NCBI GenBank assembly: GCA_036785375.1
Contig: JAWMAR010000003.1
Span: 23,560,001 to 23,624,000, forward strand
Reading direction: 5' to 3'
DNA length: 64,000 bases
Origin: Leucoraja ocellata
Lineage: Eukaryota
Position numbers and translations under genes: made by a program. Shown piece by piece: positions 41,501-53,500 of this stretch. Numbering within the stretch: position 1 is the first letter of the stretch; every line of letters starts with the position of its first letter. The notes below the pieces were generated by a model. It made no database searches and was not told the DNA's origin. It was given only the letters and a program-made list of their open reading frames with translations.

Positions 41501-44500
41501 ATAGGCTGAGGTGAGTGGGAAAATGCATGGCAGATGTCAGTATAATGTGGATAAATGTGAGGTTATCCACTTTGGTGGCAAAAACAGGAAAGCAGACTAT
41601 TATCTAAATGGTGGCCGATTAGGAAAAGAGGAGATGCAACGAGACCTGGGTGTCATGGTACACCAGTCATTGAAAGTAGGCATGCAGGTGCAGCAGGCAG
41701 TGAAAAAAGCGACTGGTATGTTAACATTCATAGCAAAAGGATTTGAGTATAGGAACAGGGAGGTTCTACTGCAGTTGTACAGGGTCTTGGTGAGACCACA
41801 CCTGGAGTATTGCGTACAGTTTTGGTCTCCAAATCTGAGGAAGGACATTATTGCCATAGAGGGAGTGCAGAGAAGGTTCACCAGACTGATTTCTGGGATG
41901 TCAGGACTTTCATATGAAGAAAGATTGGATGGACTCGGCTTGTACTCGCTAGAATTCAGGAGATTGAGGGGGGATCTTATAGAAACTTACAAAATTCTTA
42001 AGGGGTTGGACACGCTAGATGCAGGAAGATTGTTCCCGATTGTGGGGAAGTCTAGGACAAGGGGGTCACAGCTTAAGGATAGAGGGGAAATCAGAGAGAA
42101 GGCAGGTACGGGATACTGAGTTGGATGATCAGCCTTGATCATATTGAATGGCGGTGCAGCCTCGAAGGGCCGACTCCTGCACCTATTTTCTAATATGGAA
42201 CGACACATCTGCTATGCCAGAGCTTCATATTTCCTACTTCAAACAATTATGACAATTTAATCTTCAATTTGCTGAGTTTTATAAATTGGCATATTTGAAT
42301 GTTTAAAGATTTCCACCACAGCATTTTAAAATATTCACAGAAGTAATTTACATACAATCAAGTCCTTCAGGTATTACATATTAGTAGTATTTGGATAATT
42401 TGTAAGCTGGAAAGAACAGTTAGTCCCAGAGGTTTCAATAAAACGTTGATATGTCTGCTCATGTCCCCTTGAAGATAACATTGATAGTCCTTCAACGATG
42501 ACAAAAGGACATAATTAAAGAATGTTGTCAAAAGCAGGAGTCAGATTTGTAGCAGCTACATACCTGTTTCCAGAGAGTGTAGATTGCTGTCTTGCATCCT
42601 GCATACTTTGGATCTGTTCAATTTCTGGTTCCTGTAACAGACAACCTAGACATATGTTTCCCCATTCAAAAATTATATGCAAAGTTTACATCTCCAGCAT
42701 AAAATTGAGCAAGATTGCATACCTACCACAAAGTTCAGTGAAAGTATTGCACTACTGTATTATTGAAAGTTTCCAATATGCCACTTGATATCAAAAAATG
42801 CAAGATATTCTAATGAAAAACAGTCAAACAGAGCTTCAAGTAATGAAAACTATTTTAATAACTATTAACAGGTTTCCCCATCTTATAGTTTGTCCTATTC
42901 GTGCCATTTGTACATTGTAGTGAAAATAAATATCCACATTTATCACTAAGGTATGCACGGAATCACGACCAATGCTGCATTCAAGCTGCTGATATTCATA
43001 GCTGGCACAATTAGAATTGGGCGCAATTGAAAACCGGGAATATTTAGCTGAAATCTATAAATATTAAGATGGATCTTATAGGTTTGTGCTAAATACAAAT
43101 AAATAATTTCAAAAGGCATTAGAAAGAAATTCCATACAAAATGTACTAATATGCTCACTTATCCATTACACTCTAATATCGACCTGTTTTGCATATGCTG
43201 AGAGCCAGAAAATAAAGAAAATGATTTTATTATGAGTTATAGTGCAGATCAAGAAGCAGTCCCCTGTAGTTTTATGGCCACTACAATCTCACAGGAGCTT
43301 ATAACATATGTTTATTGCTAAATGTTGCAGCTGTGTGCTTAATGTCACAAAGGCTGTAAACTTATGCAAATTATAGTCATGTAATGCTTTTGTTTATGCC
43401 TACTGTACATTAAATCATTTTGCTAGGAAAATACCCAGCTTCCAGCAACATCTGTCATTTGTTCATGGCGCTATTTTTTAACCTATTTCAATGTATTCGA
43501 GGAGAGGATTCCAAAATAGTTTTTAAAAAACCTGCAATTCAACCTTCCTCATCCTAAACTACTGAAGCTTCTTTCTTATGGATCAGTAATATTTATACTG
43601 ACATGTAGTTTAATTTTTGCAACATTTGGGAGGAAATGTAACAAGCAAGTGCTTTTCATTTGTTTGATTATCAGCTTGGTGTTTATGAAATCACCAATTT
43701 ATCAGTTTTTCTATGATCACAATACAAATGAAACATTTAGGGAATAATCTCCATTTTATTTCATTAGTGTCACATTGTTTTATCTGAAATGTTACTCTGA
43801 AGGAACATCAGTGACTACACTTTGAAAAGTATTTCTTGGTTTTAATGTGCTTTGCAGCATCCTGGGGTCAAAAAAGGAGCTCCATAAATACAAGCCTTTT
43901 TCTATAGAAACTCTTTAAACAGTTAATTTAGTTAAAAGCAGTTCTCTTGCGCCATCTGGTGTTCATGAACACACTTATTTTATTTACTAATACTATGCTG
44001 AATATCATCTTTTTTTAAAATTTCAACATATTTTAATTAAAACCTCAGGTAGACACAAGTGCTGGAGAAACTCAGCGGGTGCAGCAGAAGGAAATAGGCA
44101 ATGTTTCGGGCCAAAACCCTTCTTCAGACTGATGTGGGGTGGGGGTAGGGGAGAAAGGAGAAAGGAAGAGGAGGAGCCCGAGGGCTGAGGGAGAGCTGAG
44201 AAGGGGAGGAGGCAGCAAGGGCTACCGGAAATTGGAGGGCAATGTTTATGCCGCTAGGGTGCGAACTGCCCAAGCGGAATAGAGGTGCTGCTCTTCCGAT
44301 TTCCGGTGGTGCTCATTCTGGCCATGGAGGAGGCCCAGGACAAAAGGTCGGATTTGGAATGGGATGAGAAGTGCTGAGCCACAGGGAGATCAGGTTGGTT
44401 TATGCGGATCGAGGGTGGTTGGTGAAACGATCGCCAAGCCTACGCTTGGTCTCACCGATGTAGATCAGCTGACATCTAGAGCAGCGGATGCAATAGATGA

Positions 44501-47500
44501 GGTTGGACGAGATGCAGGTGAACCTCTGTCGCACCTGGAACGACTGCTTGAATGGAGTCAAGGGGGGAGGTAAAGCGACAAGTGTAGCATCTCTTGCGGT
44601 TGCAAGGGAAAGTGCCCGGGGAGGGGGTGGTTTGGGAGGGAAGGGAAGAACTGACAAGGGAGTTACGGAGGGAGCGGTCTTTGCTGGAAAGCAGACGGGG
44701 GGGGGGGGGGGGGGAGATGGGAAGATGTGGCCAGTGGTGAGGTCACGTTTGATGTGGCGAAAATGACGGAGGACTATTTGTTGTATGTGACAGCGAGTGG
44801 GGTGAAAGGTGAGGACTAGGGGACTCTGCCCTAGTTACGAGTGGGGGGGGGGGGGATGGGGAGAGAGAGCAGTGTTACGGGGTATTGAAGAGACCCTGGT
44901 GAGAGCCTCATCTATAGTAGGGGAGGGGAACCCCCGTTCTCTGAAGAATGAGGACATTTCCGAAGCCCTGGTGTGGAACACCTCATCCTGGGAGCAGATG
45001 CGGCGTAGATGGAGGAATTGGGAGTAGAGGATGGGGGCCTAGAGAATGGAATGCCCGGAGACGACGGAGAGTGTCTGAGGGGTCTTGAACATAGGGAGGG
45101 GAGGGATTTAACCAGGGGAGGATAGGATGTAATAATAATAATACATTTTATTTGTATGGCGTTTTTTCAAGGACTCAAAGTCGCTTTACATGGTGAGTCA
45201 AGAACAAAACAAAATAGAGCCCTGGAGAAGGCTATGTCTCCAAAAGTGCAGAGGTTGGATTTCAGAAATGGAGAGAAGACCGGCTGAAATGGATCTGAGG
45301 GACCGTGAGGGTTGGTAGGGGGAGAGGAGGTCAGTGAGATAAGGGGGGGGGGGGGGGGGGGGGGAGTGGTTGAGGGCTTTGTAGGTGAGGACCAGGATTT
45401 TGTAGATGATCCGGTGGGAAATGGGAAGCCAGTGAAGTTCTTTGAGGACTGGGGTGATGTGGTGCCAGGATTTGGTGTGGGTAATGAGTCGGGCGGCTGC
45501 ATTCTGGACCAGTTGGAGTCGGTTGATGTTGCTGGAATTAATGCCAAAGAGAATGCCAATGTAGTCAAGGTATGTGGAAATAAGCTCGGTAGGGCACGAA
45601 TAGGCAGAGACAATGGGTCTACCAGGATAGTCAGGTTTGTGGATTTTGGGGAGATGGTAAAATCGGGCCGTGCGGGGCTGGGGAACGATGAGGTTGGAGG
45701 CTTGTGAGGGGGGGGCATGAAGACTGTAGTGGGGGTGGGGAAGAGCTGGGGTCCCATGGTTTGAGGGGAATGGGGAAGACCCAGTGGAACAGCCACTGAG
45801 GATACCAGGGTTAGGGGGACTGGCACTAGGACCCAGCGCAATCAAACCCGGGGTAGTGAGAATCTGCAACATGGAAGCTTCAGGCCCGGTGCTGATCCCA
45901 GGCTGCAGAACCTCGTGCAATTCATGTGCATAACGTCACCCCAATTAAAGCCCCAAATTTGCATGTGCTTTTCATTAATTAAAATTATATATTCCTATTA
46001 TTAATTTTCCTATATAAATGCCTTTGTAAATGCACTATTGGAATATGCTGCTGGAATCCAGCAGATTGCACAAGGAACTGAGCATACATGGGTAACTTGA
46101 GCATTCTACAAGGAATCATCTGAAGAGAGATCCTATGAGAATCCTTGACTTGGCTTCCAACAGCCACACTCTCCTGTTTGGACTACTACAATATTTTACT
46201 GGGCTATTAGCCCAATATATTTAGTATAGTCGAATAGTTCAACACTTCATGAATTCCAGCAATTGCAAGAAAAGATTTAACAGCGGAAGTGAGTTGTGCC
46301 GAGGACTGTTGATTTCGCTACCACTCAGAACTATAGGACCCAGATATTGTCATCAAAATTCAACCCCATCTAATGCAACATAGATGCGACTTGAAGTTTG
46401 AATAGGACAAACCTAATACATATCCATCACTGCTCACTATAATGCAGAGTACCTATTCAATTTATTCTGCCTCCTGGTGTATGTGTGCATGCGTGTGTGT
46501 ATGTGTATGTGTTCTTAGTTACTGCACTGACACTCTTTATGATAAAATACATATTTAGCAGGCTGTTATTTGCTCGTCAGGTAACATTACTTAAACTATT
46601 ATGTTATTGTTACTTAAAACTAAGATTGGGAGTAGCACGGAACAACGTACCACTTTTATACTGGGTTTTTTTCCACGCCATGAAAACCACCATCTGCCTC
46701 CTTTCTTGGGCATCTTTTCTTTAATTAGTTTTTCCATTGTTGCCTGTTTTAAAATGCACAAAGGTAACTAATGGAATAAAAAGGTTAACATAAATGCCAT
46801 ACAAAATAACATAAAATGCCATTCTCCCAAGTGAATAAAATAATAAACATACTGTGGCCACACAACTAATCTCTGCAACACAAAATACTGGAAACTTGAG
46901 CAATGAATAAAGGTAACTGAGGCATGAGTGCTTAAATGATTTAAAAAAATCAAAAGTCATGGCCAAAGAAAAAGAGGGAAAAAAAGAAAAGGTTAGTTTT
47001 GAAGGGTACAAACATAGCAGCATGAAGAATAAAATGTGACATCGAATCAGAAGTTAAAATTTTAGTTTACACATATGAAGATATTTAAAATTATTACTTT
47101 GACTGCAGAATGCAAGATAATATTTTGAGAATAAATTCTCCTTAAGTACAAACTCAACAAAACCAAAAGTGGAGAGGAATTCACAGTACATGAATAAACC
47201 AATATATTTCTCACTGTGATGTAGGCACATGTTGAATTAGGCTGCTTATAATTTCACTGTTACATTTCTTGTACATATACAGGTGCACAACCTTTTATCC
47301 GGATCCAAATAACGAAAACCTCCGAATAGCGACATTTTTTCAGTCCTTGAAGAAAGGTCCTTGAAAAAGTTCACCAAGGGCGGCCCGTAGAGGTGACAGC
47401 GGAACCTCCGGTCGGTCCTCGAAGAAAGGGGAACTAAATCCCCATTCATAAAAGAGAAGGTGAGGGTATATTGCGCGGGAGGGTTAATAATTGACAATAT

Positions 47501-50500
47501 GCTGCTACCTGCCAGCTGAGTTAAAAAGTTCCCACGGTAGACACGATACACAGTGTATCGTGAGTCTTGCGTGGGAACTTTTTAACTCAGCGTGCAGGCA
47601 GCAGCAGATTGTCGCTCCCTTCAGTTTCACCCCACCTACACCCCTCTGCTCCCCGGCCATGTGTGTGACCCCATCCCTCCCCTCTCCAGCTCCCCGCTCA
47701 TTGCACCGGCGCGGGGGCTTTGCACTGTCAGCAGGTGGCCGGAGACGTCAGGACCAATTGGACGTCGACCACCAGGCCCACCGCAAGCACGGAGAACCCA
47801 GAGACCCACAGCCAGCAGCAGCAGCCCAGCCCCGCTCCAAATACAGAGGAACCTGGGTTGCGGATGACGGGGCGCAGCTCGGGGCGTCGTAGGGGCCCAT
47901 TGGGGAGCGGGTTCCTGTTGGTCCTGACGTCTCCGGCCACCTGCTATCCTCCGGGAACTGTACCGCCCTTGCAGGAGAGTGGGGTTGTTTGCAGTTGCAG
48001 AGGGAGGGGGCAAGGGCGGTACAGTTCCCAGTCTCAGCTCCAGTCCAGGGGGGTGGCCGGAGACGTCAGGACCAACGGGACAGCGACCCCCAGGCCCACT
48101 GCAAGCACGGAGATCCCAGATACCCACAGCCAGCAGCAACTCCAGCCCAGCCCCGCTCCAACACCAGAGGAACACGTAGGGGCAGAAGCGGATGGTGTGC
48201 AAGGTGTTCTTGGGGTGGCGCAGCTCGGGCTGTGGGCAAACTGCCACTTGTCGCCCAGGGACAGGGAGACACAGCGGCTTTTTAGACTGGTGGGCAATCA
48301 CTTCCAAAGTTCTGCCCACACAGTCAGTACACCTCTCCTACACTGCATTTCATACAAACATTTATTCTGCAAGAAAAAACGACATTGAAGACTCAAACTC
48401 ACGACCGAGTAACTGCCGGGATCAAGGCGCAAACTCGCGACCTTGCGGATATGAGCCGAACACTCTACCACTGAGCCAGCCATTAAAATCTACGCTAAAA
48501 AATTTCCATTCCGAAGGCCGACAAATTCTGAATTACGAAAAGTGTCTGGTCCCAAGGCTTTCGGATAAAAGGTTGTGCACCTGTATACATTTATGCTGTT
48601 CTACATATACGTAATAGGTTGATGACCTTATATAAATTGTTGCATTGGAACTGGTGGGAAACAGCTACTATCATGGACAAGTGCAGAAGCAGCTGTATTG
48701 CATTTTGGACAAGCTAGTAACAGGACAAGTTTGGAGGGATATGAACCAAATGCTGGTAGGTGGGACTAGTGTAGCTGGTACATGTTGGCAGGTGTGGGAA
48801 AGTTGGGCCGAAGGGCCTGTCTCCACACTATATCACTCTATGACTTTAACGCAGCAAGTCAGGCAACATCTCTGGAGAAAATTAATAGGTAATATTTTAG
48901 GACGTGACCCAGAGCTCTGCTTGGCTTGCATATTAAACCTATCACATCCCAATTAAAATAAATAGGACCTGAAAGTCTTATCTCAAAAGTGAACAACATT
49001 ACACAGCTTTCTGGCTGCAGCAGAGTTCCAAAGTATCCACTGGTGTTGCATGTCCAATGACAAATGCAAGGGCCTTGGAAATTTAGATATCAAATTCCTT
49101 ATCCAACAAAATGTCAAAAGAAAACAGGTGAACATTTAATTCATGTTTAATTTTACCCCCAGTTAAATTTATGTCTGATAGACTAAAATTATTATCTCTT
49201 AAAGCTGACAAGGCAAGCATTAAAAGTTATTTTAAATAAAGTTACCAAATCAATCATTTGGATTCAAGAAGCTATGGCACAGAGCACATAGTTTGCCTGC
49301 AACATGCAATCATCTTCCCAAGAATAAAATGGGGAATATTGTCTATTGACCACATAGACGAGTTATGCACTGCATTTCTAAAAGTTCAGAGGCTGGCAAA
49401 GAAAGAAAATGAATGTCACATTATTCGTACTAAACTAAGTGTGCAGAAAAGACGACTAAATTAAGCCAATAAATCAACATGCAATACATCCATGCCAATA
49501 GTTGAGGAATTAAATGCCTAGTAATTTTGTGCTATTACAAATGATAACTGAATTAATTTCCTTTCTTTGCTTTCCGCAGAGACCGTTCCCTCCGCAAGTC
49601 CCTGGTCAACTCATCCCTACCCACCCAAACCATCCCCTCCCTAGGTACTTTCCCCTACAACCGCAGGAGATGCAACACCTGTCCCTTTACCTCCCCCCTC
49701 GATTCCCAGGACCCCAACAATCACTTGCACCTCCTCCAACCTCATCTACTGTATCCGCTGTTCCAGGTGTCAACTTCTGTACATCGGCGAGACCAAGCGC
49801 AGGCTCAGCGATCGTTTTGCTAAACACCTCCGCTCAGTCTGCCTTAACCTACCTGATCTCCTGGTTGCTCGGCACTTTAACTCCCCCTCCCATTCCAAAT
49901 CTGACCTTTCTGTCCTGGGCCGCCGCCATTGTCAGAATGAGGTCCTGCGCAAATTGGAGGAACAGCACCTCATATTTCGCTTGGGTATCTTACACCTCAG
50001 CAGGATGAACATTAACTTTTCTAACTTCAAATAGCCCTTGCTTTTCCTCTCTCTCCATCCCCTACCCTTCCCAATTCTCCCATCAGTCTTACTGTCATCG
50101 GCTACATTCTATCTCTATCCCGCCCACTCCCCTGACATCAGTCTGAAGAAGGGTCTCGACCCAAAATGTCACACATTCTTTCTCTCCAGAGATGCCGCCT
50201 GTCCCGCTGAGTTACTCAAGCATTTTGTGTCCAGCCAGCTACAAAGTACCATCAACACAGAAGGGGGAAAATTGGAGTAGAACAATAATTTGCACAGACC
50301 CACAGCGTTCAGTTAAAATACACAATAATCAAGTTTGAAAATGCCCAATTCCTTAGAGAATTCATCAAAACAATACATAAAATTAGTACCATTCTGTCTT
50401 GATGAAATTAGGACATAATGTACAGTACATAATCACATCATACCTTCAACATAACCAGCTCTAAAAAAGAAGTTAATACATCATTAACTCCTCCAGTTAT

Positions 50501-53500
50501 TGACTTCTGGATCTCATTTGCAAAGTTACCATTAAAGTGTTCTCACCTTTGGCAATGGTTTCTGGAATGCCTGAACAGCAAGAAGCACAGGAGCAGCTGT
50601 TGACCAATTATAATACCTAGTTTTTGTCAACAAATAAAGAACATTAATATCACTCAAAGTATAGATCTTTTATCATTTTAAATGTGACATACGAGGTTAA
50701 TTTTACTGCAATATAGGCACTATACAACAGATTAGCATTTTATAAATGAAAGATATTATAAAAATGAACATTATTGTGGCTTATCTTTATAATTCTACTT
50801 GTTTTATATGTAGCAGTGGTAAATTAGTGAGATGCAATGATATAAATTAACTCGCCTTGCTTCCCACCAGCAATTTCAAATATTCTACAAACTACAAGAC
50901 CATAGTTAAACTATCTATTGCTCAAAAACATACCAATTGATGATGTTTTTGAGCAATAGACAGTTTAAGTGTAGCAATGTTACAAAATTTTGAGATTTAA
51001 AAAATCAAGTCTGCAATTTATCCCATCAGATAAAGCATAACAATAAGTTTAATTTGACACCTAATTCACTTTCATATCTCAAGTAATAAAAATGTTATGG
51101 CCATTTTCATACTCGGAAATTAGCATCTTGTTCCCCATTGATTTTCTATGGACATAACAAAAAAGCTGTGATCGAGGACAGTCAAAAGCCCATAACCTTC
51201 TTAAAAATTAAGAGAACTGAAATTTTCAGTTATCATAGATTGAGCCATTCTGAAACAAATATAAAATAATCTTACTTGGAGGACCTGAAATTAAAGCATA
51301 TAATTAGTTAGTTACCCAATTGTAGCTAATTTCATACTTCAATTACTAGATCTAAACATATATCCATTTCTTAATAAATGATTAACATTTTTAAATAGCC
51401 TAAGTGTCCAAATAATATTCACAAATAATTCACAATAAAACATGATTTTTAAATCTCATTTACATCAATTTATAGGCCAAATGGAAGGAATTTAGTGTTC
51501 AATTGCTGTAAATTAAAGTCAATTTAAATCGGCTTTCTAGCGGGTTCCTGTGAACGCGCTGGTTTAGAACGTTCACATTGCAGTGGATTTGTGCCCTCAA
51601 ATGCCCAGAAAAATACTGCGGGATATAAAGAGTCCAAAATGAACTATTCGCTATAGAAAACTTTATATACAGGGTTCTTAAGAAGCCCCTTTTAATGTAA
51701 AAATAAGGTACATACCTTTAATTGTTTGCTTTATAAAACCCTGGGGCTGCGAGAGGTCGCGGGTTTAGAGAGTGATTTTTAAACTACTATAACTATTATA
51801 CAAGGCCATTAAAACTAATAATACCTTTTGCGACGGGGTCTTTCAGCGATTTTCCGTTAATGATTTACTAGGCTGAACATTTTCGATTGCAACAGCCTAG
51901 TAAAAATCGCGTTTTAAACCCGCCCCCTCCAAACAGCGCCAAAATCACGCACACGGGGCTGGGACAGATTCTCAGCCACGATTCAGGTAGGTTTTGTAAC
52001 ATACCTATTAAGTGTATCCCATTTCCTCCAAATCCAAGGCGTTGCTATGGGCACACGCATGGGTCCCAGCTACCCCTGCCTCTTTGTAGGGTACGTCGAA
52101 CAATCCATGTTCGAGGCGTACCGTTGACCTATCCCCGAAATCTACCTCTGCTACATTGACGACTGCATTGGTGCTACCTCCTGCACCCAGGCAGAACTCA
52201 CTGACTTCATCAATCTCACCACTAACTTCCATCCGGCACTCAAATTCACCTGGACCATTTCCGACATCTCCCTACTGTTTCTAGACCTCACTATCTCCAT
52301 CGCAGGTAACAGACTACTGACCGACATCTACTACAAACCCACCGACTCCCATGGCTATCTGGACTACACTTCTTCAGGGCTCGAAATTAGCGGTTGCCCA
52401 GGTGCCACTGACCACCCAAAGTGCCGCCGGGTAACCTAAACGGCAAGTCATTTTGCCCGGTTTGGCAACTTGGTTTATACCGAAGATAGACACAAAAAAC
52501 TGGACTAACTCCGCAGGTCAGGCAGCATCTCTGGAGAAATGGAATGCGACGTTTCGTGTCGGCAATGGCTGTTGTGCGGGGCAAAGATACCAGGTGCGGG
52601 GTGACAAAGGGTCGGAGCGAATGACAGGCTCCGAGCAGCGGTAGCAGCGGCCGCGACAATGGCTTCCCCGCCTCCTCCACTCGCACCCCGCCCGCCCTGA
52701 TAAGGGCCGCTGCTTGCAAATCCGCTAACGGCGCTTTCAAAACAAACCCTCCAGCATGCCAAGACCGGGAGGAGGAGGCCTCGGGGTGCGGGAGGGTTTG
52801 TTTTGGAAGAGCCATTAACGGATTTGCAAGCAGCGGTCGCCATCAAGGAGGAGGACGAGATGGAGCCGCTGTCGCTGTGCGGAGCCCGTCATTCGCTCCG
52901 ACCCTTCTGAAGCAGCTGCACCAAAAATCCTATAGCTATAGGATCTTTGAGCTGCACTGCTCGGCCCCGCACCTTGCTGTTCGCTGGCGGAGGCGAGGAA
53001 ATCCCAACGGCCAAGGCAGCGGGGCGATGTTGTCCGAGGAGCGCTGACCTTCCTTCCTTCTTCCCCACCTCACCCCCACCCCCCCTCTCTCTCTTGTACG
53101 CCCCATCACCCTGGGACCCCTCCTCTCCATCCCGTACTAATCCCCATTCTATTCAGTCCTCACTGACATCCCGTGCTCCCCTCCCCATCTACCCCCCCCC
53201 ATCTATTCATCATGCGCTGATCACCCTATCCACCTCGCATTGATTCTCCTGCCACCCCCCCGTCCATCCTACTGTTCCCCCAATTCATCCTGTACTTACC
53301 CCCCTTCCCATCTATCCTGCACTTCTCCTCCATCCATCCCGTACTGATCCCCCATCCATCCTGTACTAATCCACGCATTCATCCCGTACTGACCCACCCT
53401 CCATTTACCCTGCACCTCCCCCCCCCCATCCTGTACTGATCCTCCCATTCAAGAAGAATGGGGGGGAACAGTCTGAAGAAGGGTCTCGAACCGTAACGTT

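Noticed and set aside
45198-45920. 240-aa ORF that looks like a novel RT fusion protein
   Set aside because: Chance in-frame join of a Penelope RT fragment and an L2 3' fragment at ~45560; both are truncated
47491-48614. Dense overlapping ORFs of up to 227 aa on both strands
   Set aside because: Stop-poor GC-rich interior of a TIR element; low-complexity P/G/A/R translations with no domain
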